From Alphaproteobacteria bacterium (GTDB taxonomy: Bacteria; Pseudomonadota; Alphaproteobacteria; MPNO01), in assembly GCA_965248835.1 (NCBI GenBank), contig CBDFLJ010000001.1:1152001-1216000 (forward strand): a stretch of DNA of 64,000 nt, in the 5' to 3' direction. Of the stretch, positions 18,743-28,247 are shown piece after piece (position 1 is the stretch's first letter; each line of letters starts with the position of its first letter). The position numbers and the translations under genes were made by a program. The notes below the pieces were generated by a model. It saw only the letters and a list, made by a program, of their open reading frames with translations, was not told the origin of the DNA and ran no database searches.

Positions 18743-19525
18743 TTAGATCACCCAACCGCCGTCGACGGCGAGGTCCTGGCCGGTGATATTGCGCGCACGC
18801 TCGCTTGCCAGGAACAGCACCGCGTTGGCGACGTCGACATCGGTCGACACCCGCCTGAGCGCATATTCGGCGGCGTGCTGGGCGCGCGCCTCCTCTTGCG
18901 TGATGCCGGCCGCCTTGGCGCGCTCGGCGCAGACGCGCTCGAACCGCGGGCCGTCGACCATGCCCGGGCAGACGCAGTTGACGTTGATGTTGTGGACGCC
19001 GACCTCGAGCGCGGTCGACTTGGTGATGCCCCGCAGGCCCCATTTCGAGGCCGAATAGGCCATCCGTCCGGCCCGGCCGCGCAGCCCGAACGTGCCGCCG
19101 ACATTGACGATCTTGCCGTATCTGCGCGCGATCATGCCGGGCAGCACCGCTCGCATGGTCAGGTAGCAGCCCTTCATGTTGAGCGCGACAATTTGATCGA
19201 AGTCCTCGGGCTCGGTCTGCCAGGCGGTGGTCTCCAGCGGCCCGCTGCCGCCAGCGACGTTGACCAGAACGTCGATCCGGCCGAAGGCGTCCACGCCGGA
19301 CGCGACCGCCGCATCGACCTGGTCCGGCGCGGTGACGTCGCATGCCGCGACCATCACGCGGCGGCCCATCGCGCGGGCCGCCTCGGCCGCCGGCGCGATC
19401 GCCGCGATGTCGCGCCCGGCCAGCACCAGGTCCGCACCGGCCTCGGCGAAGCCGCGCGTCACCGCCGCGCCCATGCCCTTGGCCGGTCCGGTGATGAGGG
19501 TGACCCGATCGTCGAACTCCGCCAC
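18743..19525 (-). CDS. SDR family oxidoreductase
   Basis: TGPAKGMG, NVAG, YSASK, CPG, ITGQDLAVDGG. Confidence 0.9.
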   Translation of the reverse strand: MAEFDDRVTLITGPAKGMGAAVTRGFAEAGADLVLAGRDIAAIAPAAEAARAMGRRVMVAACDVTAPDQVDAAVASGVDAFGRIDVLVNVAGGSGPLETTAWQTEPEDFDQIVALNMKGCYLTMRAVLPGMIARRYGKIVNVGGTFGLRGRAGRMAYSASKWGLRGITKSTALEVGVHNINVNCVCPGMVDGPRFERVCAERAKAAGITQEEARAQHAAEYALRRVSTDVDVANAVLFLASERARNITGQDLAVDGGWVI

Positions 19526-19702
19526 GTTTCGCGCCTCCCCGATCGCCCCGCTTGCCTACACGGCCGGGCGGGCGGGTGCAACTCGGCGGAATCCGGCCCG
19601 CGACCGCCGGAAGGGCTTTTCAAGCGGCCGGTGTTTGGCAATGATCGGGCGATGGGCACGGCGCCGCAACCGACAGGGCGCGCGCCGAACGGGAGAGACG
19701 AG

Positions 19703-21028
19703 ATGACTTGGTCAAACAGCGAGATCGCGGCCCTGGTCGAGCCCGATCGGGTCCATCGCAAGGCCTATGTGGACCCGGAGATCTTCGACCTCGAGATGGA
19801 GCGCATCTTCGAGCGGCTGTGGATCTATATCGGTCATGACAGCCAGGTGAAGCAGCCGGGCGACTACTACCTCGCCCAGGTCGGCCGCCAGCCGATGATC
19901 ATGGTCCGCGACCATAACGGCGATGTCCACGTCCTTTACAACCGCTGTCCGCACCGCGGCGCGCAGATCTGCACCGCGCGCAAGGGCAATGCCGGCAAGC
20001 TCTTCCGCTGCTCCTATCACGCCTGGATGTTCGAGCTCGACGGCCGTGTGGAGAGCATTCCGGCGGTCCGCGGCTATGCCGGCACCCGGCTGGACATGAA
20101 CGACACCGCCTTCCATCTGCGCAAGGTGCCGCGTGCGGACAATTATCGCGGCTTCTGGTTCGCTTCGCTGGACGAGAACGCGCCGGATCTGGAGCCCCAT
20201 CTCGGGCCCGCGAAGCAGGCCTTGGACCAGCTCATCGACCGCGCGCCCGGCGGCGAGACCGAGGTCGTCGGCGACTGTTTCCGCATGGTCCAGCAGTCCA
20301 ACTGGAAGATCTTCCTGGAGAACCAGATCGACGTCTCGCATCCGGGCGCGACCCATGAATCGACCGGCGTTGCCGCGCGGACGGTCGAGAACGAGATGCG
20401 CGATGACGGCAGGACTCCGCCGATGGGCTACGGCTTCCTGTCGGACTTTGCGCGCTTCGGCATCGACGGCTGGGACAAGTTCGCCACCACCGGCCTCCCG
20501 CAGGGCCACTGCACGCTGGAAGGCTATATGGGGTTGCGTCCGGAGGACCCGGACACCAACGCCTACGTCAAGTGCATGTACGATGCCTACGGCGAGGAGC
20601 GCGCCGAGGAGATCCTCGGCGTCAACCTGCATCACGTCCTTATCTATCCTTGCAATTCGGTTCAGCCGCCGCTCCAGCAGCTCCGCACCATCCGGCCGAT
20701 CGGGCCGAACCGCACGCTGTCGGAGATCTGGCACTTCCGCCTGAAGGGTGCGCCCGAGGCGATCTACCAGCGCTCGCTCGCCTACTACTACCTGGTCAAC
20801 GCACCGTCGACGATGGTCAACGCCGACGACCTGTTCAACTGGTGGAAATGTCAGCACGGGCTGGAGAGCAGCGGCTCGGAGTGGATCAGCCTGCACCGCA
20901 ACGCCGGCCAGGACTTCGAGGAAAACGGCATCATGAAGTCGGCGCCGTCCTCGATGAGCGAGCTGCCGCTGCGCTCGATGGCCGCGGCCTGGAAGGGCTA
21001 CATGACCGCAAACGGCAAGGGGGGCTGA
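19703..21028 (+). CDS. Aromatic ring-hydroxylating dioxygenase alpha subunit
   Basis: Rieske CPHRG...CSYHAW; NWK...EN..D..H...TH; DD iron ligand region. Confidence 0.92.
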   Translation: MTWSNSEIAALVEPDRVHRKAYVDPEIFDLEMERIFERLWIYIGHDSQVKQPGDYYLAQVGRQPMIMVRDHNGDVHVLYNRCPHRGAQICTARKGNAGKLFRCSYHAWMFELDGRVESIPAVRGYAGTRLDMNDTAFHLRKVPRADNYRGFWFASLDENAPDLEPHLGPAKQALDQLIDRAPGGETEVVGDCFRMVQQSNWKIFLENQIDVSHPGATHESTGVAARTVENEMRDDGRTPPMGYGFLSDFARFGIDGWDKFATTGLPQGHCTLEGYMGLRPEDPDTNAYVKCMYDAYGEERAEEILGVNLHHVLIYPCNSVQPPLQQLRTIRPIGPNRTLSEIWHFRLKGAPEAIYQRSLAYYYLVNAPSTMVNADDLFNWWKCQHGLESSGSEWISLHRNAGQDFEENGIMKSAPSSMSELPLRSMAAAWKGYMTANGKGG

Positions 21029-21033
21029 GCGCG

Positions 21034-21570
21034 ATGGGCGAAGCCGCGGCCAAGCTGGCGGCCGGCGACCGGTTCGCCGCCGCCGACGTCAGCGTCGAGA
21101 CCCAGCGCGCCGTCGAGCGCTTCCTCTACCGCCAGGCGGAGATCCTCGACGAGAAGCAATGGGACGACTGGCTGGCGCTGTTCACCGAGGACGGCCACTA
21201 CTGGATGCCGGCCGAGGACGACCAGGAGGACGGCGAGGGGGTTCCCAACATCTTCTGGGAAAACCTGGACATGATGAGGATGCGCATCCGGCGGAACAAC
21301 CATCCCCGGGCGCACAGCCAGGCGCCGCAGAACAGGTTGTGCCATGTCGTCTCCAACGTGATCGTCGAATCCGAGGATGCCGACGGCGACGTGGTGGTGC
21401 GTGCGCGTTTCCACTGCGCGGAATACCTGCGCTATGACGTGCGCAGCTTCACCGGCCGCTACCGGCACTATCTGAGGAAGACGCCGGACGGCTACAGAAT
21501 CGCGCTCCAGCGCGTCGACCTGGTCAACCGTGAGGGGCCCTACGAGTACGTTCTGCAGTGGTGGGTCTAG
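21034..21570 (+). CDS. Aromatic ring-hydroxylating dioxygenase beta subunit
   Basis: [37 protein letters not shown]. Confidence 0.9.
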   Translation: MGEAAAKLAAGDRFAAADVSVETQRAVERFLYRQAEILDEKQWDDWLALFTEDGHYWMPAEDDQEDGEGVPNIFWENLDMMRMRIRRNNHPRAHSQAPQNRLCHVVSNVIVESEDADGDVVVRARFHCAEYLRYDVRSFTGRYRHYLRKTPDGYRIALQRVDLVNREGPYEYVLQWWV

Positions 21571-23258
21571 AGCGTGCCCCAACCGGATCGGATCGGTCCG
21601 CCCCGGCCGATTTCATCCGCGAGATCATCGCCGAGGACCTCGCTGCCGGCCGCGCCGATTCGGTGGTTACAAGGTTCCCGCCCGAGCCCAACGGCTATCT
21701 CCATATCGGCCACGCCAAGTCGATGATGCTCAATTTCGGCGTCGCCGCGGAATTCGGCGGACGCTGCCATCTGCGCTTCGACGACACCAACCCGGTGCGC
21801 GAGGACACCGCCTTCATCGAGGCGATCAAGGAAGACGTAAGCTGGCTCGGCTGGGACTGGAGCGATCGCCTGTATTTCGCTTCGGACAATTTCGAGCAGC
21901 TCTTCGACTGGGCCCGGCATCTGGTCGGCGCGGGCAAGGCCTATGTCGACGACCAGAGCGCGGACGAGATCCGCCGGACCCGGGGCACGCTGACCGAGCC
22001 CGGCACCGAGAGCCTCTACCGGTCCCGCCCGGTGGAAGAGAATCTCGACCTGCTGCGGCGCATGCGGGCGGGCGAGTTCGCAGACGGCACGCGGGTCCTG
22101 CGGGCGAAGATCGACATGGCATCGGGCAACATCAATTTGCGCGACCCTGTGCTCTACCGCATCCTCCATGCCGCCCATCCGCGCACCGGCGAAGCGTGGT
22201 GCCTCTATCCGACCTACGACTTCGCGCACGGCCAGTCCGATGCGATCGAAGGCGTCACGCATTCGCTCTGCACGCTCGAATTCGCCGACCACCGCCCGCT
22301 TTACGACTGGCTGATCGACAACCTGCCCGTCCCCTCCAGGCCGCGGCAATACGAGTTCGCCCGGCTCAACCTCGCCTACACCGTGCTGTCCAAGCGCCGA
22401 CTGGTCCGGCTGGTCGAAGGCGGCCATGTCGCGGGTTGGGACGACCCGCGCATGCCGACCCTGGCCGGCCTGCGCCGCCGCGGGGTCCCGCCTGAAGCGA
22501 TCGCCGACTTCGCGCGCCGCATCGGGGTCGCCAGAGCCGACAACCTGGTCGACATGGCGCTGTTCGAGCACTGCCTGCGCGAGCGCATGAACGCCACGGC
22601 GGAGCGCCGCCTTGCCGTGCTGCGCCCGCTCAAGCTGATCGTCGAGAACTACCCCGAGGGCCGGACCGAGATGCTGGAGGCCCTCAACAACCCCAACGAC
22701 CCAACCGCCGGAACCCGGGAGATCCCGTTCTCCCGCGAGCTCCTGATCGAGCGCGGGGACTTCATGGAGGACGCGCCGAAAAAATTCTTCCGCCTCACGC
22801 CTGGCCGCGAGGTGCGGCTGCGGTTCGCCTACCTCGTCACCTGCACCGGGGCGGTCAAGGACGCATCGGGCGCAATCACCGAGCTGCATTGCACCTATGA
22901 TCCCGCCACGCGCGGCGGCGATGCGCCCGACGGCCGCAAGGTCCGCGGCACCATCCACTGGGTCAGCGCAGCCCACGCAGTGCCGGCGGAGATCCGCCTC
23001 TACGAGAACCTGTTCACCGCACCCGAGCCCGGCGCCGGCGGCGACTTCCTCGATGATCTCAACCCGGACTCGCTGACGGTGCTGACCGGCTGCCGGCTGG
23101 AGCCGGCCCTGGCCAGGGCGGCGCCGGCCACACCGGTCCAGTTCGAGCGCCAGGGCTATTTCACGCCCGATCCCGACTCGCGCCCCGAGGCCCCGGTCTT
23201 CAATCGCACCGTAGGCCTGCGCGATTCCTGGGCGAAAATCCAGGCGAGAGGCCGATAA
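21558..23258 (+). CDS. glnS: Glutamine--tRNA ligase
   Basis: [61 protein letters not shown]. The start codon is ambiguous. Confidence 0.95.
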   Translation: MVGLERAPTGSDRSAPADFIREIIAEDLAAGRADSVVTRFPPEPNGYLHIGHAKSMMLNFGVAAEFGGRCHLRFDDTNPVREDTAFIEAIKEDVSWLGWDWSDRLYFASDNFEQLFDWARHLVGAGKAYVDDQSADEIRRTRGTLTEPGTESLYRSRPVEENLDLLRRMRAGEFADGTRVLRAKIDMASGNINLRDPVLYRILHAAHPRTGEAWCLYPTYDFAHGQSDAIEGVTHSLCTLEFADHRPLYDWLIDNLPVPSRPRQYEFARLNLAYTVLSKRRLVRLVEGGHVAGWDDPRMPTLAGLRRRGVPPEAIADFARRIGVARADNLVDMALFEHCLRERMNATAERRLAVLRPLKLIVENYPEGRTEMLEALNNPNDPTAGTREIPFSRELLIERGDFMEDAPKKFFRLTPGREVRLRFAYLVTCTGAVKDASGAITELHCTYDPATRGGDAPDGRKVRGTIHWVSAAHAVPAEIRLYENLFTAPEPGAGGDFLDDLNPDSLTVLTGCRLEPALARAAPATPVQFERQGYFTPDPDSRPEAPVFNRTVGLRDSWAKIQARGR

Positions 23259-24028
23259 TGCCAAAGACGCCCGATTTCTTTCGCGACAAGACCATCCTGA
23301 TCACCGGGGCGGCCTCGGGGATCGGGCGCGCGACCGCCGGGATCTTCGCGCGCGAGGGCGCCCGGGTGGTGGCTGCCGACATCGACGGCTCCGGCGCGGA
23401 AGGCTGCGCCGGGGCGGTCCGCCAGGCCGGCGGCGCGGCGATCGCGGTTACCGCCGACGTGACCGACCGGGCAGCCGTGGACGCGATGGTCGCGGCGGGG
23501 ATCGCCGCCTTCGAGAAGATCGATTTCCTGTTCAACAGCGCCGGCGCGGCCGGCCGACGGGCGCCGTTCCTGGAGATCGACGCCGATCTGTGGCGCCACG
23601 CCTTCGCACTCAACGTCGACGGCACCTTCAACGCGATCCAGGCCGTCCTGCCCCACATGCTGGCGGCCGGAGCGGGCGTGATCGTCAATATGGCCTCGAT
23701 GGCCCATCGGCGCGGCGGGCCGGGCCATTCGGTCCATTACGCCGCTGCCAAGGGCGCGGTGGTCACGCTGAGCATGGGAGTCGCGCGCGAGTTCGCCGAC
23801 AAGGGCATCCGCTGCCTGTCGATCTCGCCGGGCCCGGTCGACACGCCCTTCCAGGCCGCCGCGGCGACCTCCGCCGCGCTCGCCCGGCGCATGCTCGAGG
23901 ACGTGCCGATGAAACGCTTCGGCACCCCCGAGGAGATCGGCGAGCTGGTCCTGTTCCTGTGCTCGGACGCCTGCGGCTTCATGACCGCGGACACCGTCTA
24001 TGTCAGCGGCGGCGGCGGCTGGCGCTAG
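23258..24028 (+). CDS. SDR family oxidoreductase
   Basis: TGAASGIG, NSAG, YAAAKG, SPGPVDT; ATG overlaps the glnS stop. Confidence 0.9.
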   Translation: MPKTPDFFRDKTILITGAASGIGRATAGIFAREGARVVAADIDGSGAEGCAGAVRQAGGAAIAVTADVTDRAAVDAMVAAGIAAFEKIDFLFNSAGAAGRRAPFLEIDADLWRHAFALNVDGTFNAIQAVLPHMLAAGAGVIVNMASMAHRRGGPGHSVHYAAAKGAVVTLSMGVAREFADKGIRCLSISPGPVDTPFQAAAATSAALARRMLEDVPMKRFGTPEEIGELVLFLCSDACGFMTADTVYVSGGGGWR

Positions 24029-25191
24029 CCCGGGCGCGCGAGGCCCAGCAGGTCTTCGACGACCGCCAGCTGGATGCGGGCGCAGGGCGCGAGGTCGGCC
24101 AGCGGGACCGACTCGTTGGCGGCGTGGCCGTCGTGGGCGCTGCCCGGACCGAAGGTGAGAATCTCGATGCCGTCATCGGCGAAGTAACGGCCGTCGCTGG
24201 CGCCGATCGCGAGAGTGTCGCGCGGCGGTGCGCCGGTGATGCGCTCGATCGCGCGGTGGAAGGTGGTGATCGCCGGGCCGTCGGCCGGCGAGGCGAAGCC
24301 GTTGGTGCCGGTGACGAAAGCGATCTCGTAGCTGTCTGCGGGCTCGCCGGCGGTCTCGACGAGCGCCCGGAGCTCGGCGAAGGCAGCCTCCACCGTCTCG
24401 CCGGGCAGCATCCGGCGATCGATCTCGACCACGCAGTCGTCGGGCACCACGTTGGTGTTGTGACCGCCGCGGATGGTGCCGATGTTGAGGGTCGATTTCA
24501 GCGCCCCCTGGCGACGCACCGAAAGCCGCGGGACCAGCTCGCGCTCGAGCGTGGCGATCAGCCGCATCATCCTGAGGATCGCGTTGTCACCCGCATCGGG
24601 ATCGCCGGCGTGCGCAGCCATGCCGCGGGCGGTCAGCCGTGACCAGAACACCCCGCGTTCCTTGGCGCATGTCTGGCCCTGAGTCTGGGCGCCGAGCACC
24701 AGAATATCGGGCTTGACCGCGCCGGTCTCGCGCAGGAAGGCGAGCCCGTCCGGACCCAGCCGCTCCTCGTCGCCGACGAAGGTGAACACCAGTTCGCCCC
24801 TGGCCGGGCCGCCCGCCGCGGCAATGCGCTCGGCCAGCCAGAGCTGGACCGCCATCGAGGCCTTGCAGTTGCCGGCGCCCAGGCCGTGGACGCGGCCATC
24901 GACCACGGTCGCGACCAGCGGGTCGGTCCGCCACGCGCCGCGGTCGCCGAGGCTCACGGTATCGGCATGGGCGTTGAAGACGACCGAGGGCGCCCCGTCG
25001 CCGATCCGGCCGACGACGTTGTCGACCCCTTCGACGCGCGCGGCAGTCTCGACCGCATAGCCGGCCTTGCCGAGCCGATCGCCGGCATAGGCGCTGATCG
25101 CCCTTGTGTCGCCGGGCGGATAGCCGGACGGGATCGCAATCAGGTCGGTGAGGATCGACAGGATCTCTCCGGTGATTGTTCCGTCATCCAT
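24025..25191 (-). CDS. M20 family metallopeptidase/amidohydrolase (ArgE/DapE-like)
   Basis: NAHADTV, GDEE, AHAG.P..G.NAI, NVVPD, ASDGRYF, FGPG...HAANE. Confidence 0.88.
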   Translation of the reverse strand: MDDGTITGEILSILTDLIAIPSGYPPGDTRAISAYAGDRLGKAGYAVETAARVEGVDNVVGRIGDGAPSVVFNAHADTVSLGDRGAWRTDPLVATVVDGRVHGLGAGNCKASMAVQLWLAERIAAAGGPARGELVFTFVGDEERLGPDGLAFLRETGAVKPDILVLGAQTQGQTCAKERGVFWSRLTARGMAAHAGDPDAGDNAILRMMRLIATLERELVPRLSVRRQGALKSTLNIGTIRGGHNTNVVPDDCVVEIDRRMLPGETVEAAFAELRALVETAGEPADSYEIAFVTGTNGFASPADGPAITTFHRAIERITGAPPRDTLAIGASDGRYFADDGIEILTFGPGSAHDGHAANESVPLADLAPCARIQLAVVEDLLGLARPG

Positions 25192-25261
25192 GCCTCGCCC
25201 CTTCCGCGTGCCGGCGGCGGCTTGCTATGCTCGCCTTCGCTCCACCGCAACGGACCCAGAC

Positions 25262-26797
25262 ATGCCCGAACAGCAGTCGGACGGCAAGCAGCAGGACTGG
25301 GTGGTCATCCGCGGCGGCACGGTGATGTGCTTCGATGCCGAGGACCGGACGTTGGACGGCGGTGAGGTCTGGTTCACCGCCGGCGAGATCCGCGCGGTCG
25401 GCCCGGCCGGGTCCTTCGTCCCGCCGGAAGGTGCCGCGGTGACGGCGATCGAAGCGGCGGGCCGGCTGGTCCTGCCCGGCATGATCAACGCGCATTCGCA
25501 TTCCTACACCGCGCTCCTGAAGGGCACCGTCGATGCGGTTCCGCTCGACCTCTACATGATCCGGGCGATGGCCGGCGGCAGCGACCGCACCCCGCGCGAG
25601 ATCTTCGTCAGCGCTCAGGTCGACTGCCTCACGCTGCTCAAATGCGGCATCACCGCGGTGATCGATCACTATTCCGAGCGCCCGGCGCTGACGCGAGAAG
25701 GGCTGGAGGCGGTCGCGGCCGGCTATCGCGAGGCCGGCCTGCGCGCCCGGATCGCGCCGATGTTCGCCGATCTTCCCTATCTCGAGACCGTGCCGCTGGC
25801 GCCCGGCGCCCTGCCCGACCACCTGCGCGCGCATTACGAATCCTTCCCCCGGCCCGATCCCGAATCCTATTTCGCCGTCATCGAGCGCGCGATCGCCGAC
25901 CTGGAGACCGGCGGCGGCCGGATCGGGCTGCTCTACGGGGTCGACGGGCCGCAGCGCTGCAGCCGCGCGCTCATCGAGATGACCGCCGATGCCAAGCGCC
26001 ACACCGGGCTGGGGCTTCACACCCACATGCTGGAGGCCAAGACCCAAGCCGCGATGCGCGCGCCGGAGGCCGCGGAAGGCTTCGTCGCCCGGCTCGCCCG
26101 GCTCGGCATCATCGATCCGGCGAGCTCATTCGCCCATTTCGTCTGGAGTGCGGAGGACGACATCGCCGCGGCGCGCGAGGCCGGCGTGACGATCATCCAT
26201 CCTGCGCCGTCGAACATGATGCTGGGCAGCGGCGTCTGCCCGATGCTGCGGCTCGTGGCCGAGGGCATCCCGGTGGCCTTCGGTTCCGACGGCTCGAACT
26301 GCAACCCGGCAGGCCTGCTGGAGACGATCCGCGTCGCCACCTACCTGTCGCGGGTCACCGAGCCCAACCCGGACAAATGGATCGATGCGCCGGGCATGCT
26401 GAGGCTCGCGATGACCGGCGGCGCCCGGGCGATGGGCGAACCGGGCCGGATCGGCACGCTTGCGCCGGGCGCGCGTGCCGACATCGTCGTCATCGATACC
26501 CGAAACCACTGGCACCGGCCGATGGGCGATCCCTGGAGGCACCTGCTGTTCTACGAGCAGGGAGGCGGCACCGAGCATGTCTGGATCGACGGCGCACAGG
26601 TGGTCCGCGACGGCCGGGTGCTCACCATCGATGAAGAGGCCATCCTCGCCGAGGCCGAGGAGATCGCCCGCGGATACGCCGCCCGGATAAGCGGCCGCGA
26701 GGGCTTCATCGCCGAACACCACGGCCCGTTCCGCGACATGGTGATCGATGCCCACCGCCGCGATATCGGCATCGAAAGGCTCATCCGCCTGGAATAG
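25262..26797 (+). CDS. Metal-dependent amidohydrolase (AtzA/TrzA/deaminase-like)
   Basis: PGMINAHSH, HTHMLE, AHFVW, P.SNMMLGSG, FGSDG, G.LAPG.RAD. Confidence 0.88.
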   Translation: MPEQQSDGKQQDWVVIRGGTVMCFDAEDRTLDGGEVWFTAGEIRAVGPAGSFVPPEGAAVTAIEAAGRLVLPGMINAHSHSYTALLKGTVDAVPLDLYMIRAMAGGSDRTPREIFVSAQVDCLTLLKCGITAVIDHYSERPALTREGLEAVAAGYREAGLRARIAPMFADLPYLETVPLAPGALPDHLRAHYESFPRPDPESYFAVIERAIADLETGGGRIGLLYGVDGPQRCSRALIEMTADAKRHTGLGLHTHMLEAKTQAAMRAPEAAEGFVARLARLGIIDPASSFAHFVWSAEDDIAAAREAGVTIIHPAPSNMMLGSGVCPMLRLVAEGIPVAFGSDGSNCNPAGLLETIRVATYLSRVTEPNPDKWIDAPGMLRLAMTGGARAMGEPGRIGTLAPGARADIVVIDTRNHWHRPMGDPWRHLLFYEQGGGTEHVWIDGAQVVRDGRVLTIDEEAILAEAEEIARGYAARISGREGFIAEHHGPFRDMVIDAHRRDIGIERLIRLE

Positions 26798-26840
26798 GGC
26801 GCGCTTCCGGGCGGAATCGCGCCGTGGTAATTTCGCGAAC

Positions 26841-28247
26841 ATGCCGGACGAGAACACGAACTTGCGGGCCGCGATCCCCTCGGTCGACCGGCTGCTCGGA
26901 ACGCCGGTGCTGGCCGCGGCCTGCAACCGGCTGGGCCGCGCGCTGGTGCTGGACAGCACGCGCGCGGTGCTGGACGAGGTCCGCGCCGGGATCGGGGATT
27001 GCGGCGCGGTGGAGATCGCAGCGCTTGCCGCCCGCATCGAGGCGCGTGCCCGAGCCGCGCTCGAGCCTTCGCTCAAGCCGGTCTTCAACCTGACCGGCAC
27101 GGTGTTGCACACCAATCTCGGCCGCGCGGTGCTGGCCGATGAGGCGGTCGCGGCGGTGATCGAAGCCGCGCGCCGGCCGACCAACCTGGAATACGATTTC
27201 GGGCAGGCAGGGCGCGGCGACCGCGACGCGCACATGGAGGCGTTGATCTGTCGGCTGACCGGCGCCGAGGCCGCAACGGTGGTCAACAACAATGCCGCTG
27301 CGGTGCTTCTGGTGCTCAACACGCTCGCGCTGGGCAGAGAGGTGCCGGTCTCGCGCGGCGAGCTGGTCGAGATCGGCGGCGCGTTCCGCATGCCCGACAT
27401 CATGGCCCGGGCCGGCTGCCGGCTGCGCGAGGTCGGCACCACCAACCGCACCCACCTGAAGGACTACGAGTCCGCGATCGGCCCGGAGACCGGGCTGGTG
27501 ATGAAGGTCCATTGCAGCAACTACGCGATCCAGGGTTTTACGGCTGCGGTGCCCGAAGCCGCGCTCGCCAAGCTCTGCGGTGGACGCGGCGTGCCGTTCG
27601 CGGTCGATCTCGGCAGCGGTGCGCTGGTCGATCTGGAGACCTGCGGGCTGCCGCACGAGCGGACTCCGCGCGAGACTCTCGCGGCCGGCGCCGGCCTGGT
27701 GACGTTCAGCGGTGACAAGCTCCTGGGCGGGCCGCAGGCCGGCATCATCGCCGGCCAAGCCGAGTTGATCGCCCGGCTGAAGAACAACCCGCTCAAGCGC
27801 GCACTCAGGGTCGACAAGATGACCGTCGCCGCCCTGTCGGCGACGCTCGCGCTTTATCTCGACCCGGACAGGCTGGTCGAGCGCGTGCCGGGCCTGCGCC
27901 AACTCGCCCGCCCAGAGGCCGACATCGCCGCGTCTGCCGCCCGGCTGCAAACACCGCTGGCGGCGGCATTGGGCGAGACCGCGGCGGTCGCCGTCATCGC
28001 CTGCCACAGCCAGATCGGCAGCGGCGCGCTGCCGGTCGACAGCCTGCCGAGCCGCGGGCTCGCGATCACCCCGGTGCTTGCCGGCCGGAAGGGTGCGGGC
28101 ACCGCGCTCAAGCGCCTGGCCGAGGCGTTCGCCGCACTTCCGGTGCCCGTACTGGGCCGCATCCGGGACGGCGCGCTGGTCCTCGACCTGCGCTGTCTGG
28201 AAGACGAGGCGGGCTTCCTCGCCCAGCTCGGCCAGCTGGCCCGATGA
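26841..28247 (+). CDS. selA: L-seryl-tRNA(Sec) selenium transferase
   Basis: VFNLTGTVLHTNLGRA, VNNNAAAV, SRGELVEIGGAFRMP, PLP lysine in FSGDKLLGGPQAG. Confidence 0.97.
   Translation: MPDENTNLRAAIPSVDRLLGTPVLAAACNRLGRALVLDSTRAVLDEVRAGIGDCGAVEIAALAARIEARARAALEPSLKPVFNLTGTVLHTNLGRAVLADEAVAAVIEAARRPTNLEYDFGQAGRGDRDAHMEALICRLTGAEAATVVNNNAAAVLLVLNTLALGREVPVSRGELVEIGGAFRMPDIMARAGCRLREVGTTNRTHLKDYESAIGPETGLVMKVHCSNYAIQGFTAAVPEAALAKLCGGRGVPFAVDLGSGALVDLETCGLPHERTPRETLAAGAGLVTFSGDKLLGGPQAGIIAGQAELIARLKNNPLKRALRVDKMTVAALSATLALYLDPDRLVERVPGLRQLARPEADIAASAARLQTPLAAALGETAAVAVIACHSQIGSGALPVDSLPSRGLAITPVLAGRKGAGTALKRLAEAFAALPVPVLGRIRDGALVLDLRCLEDEAGFLAQLGQLAR

Noticed and set aside
21567-23264. 565-aa ORF antisense to the whole of glnS, and many similar long antisense or alternate-frame ORFs
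   Set aside because: Expected from high-GC codon bias (few stops in shadow frames). The translations are R/A/G/P-rich with no motifs.
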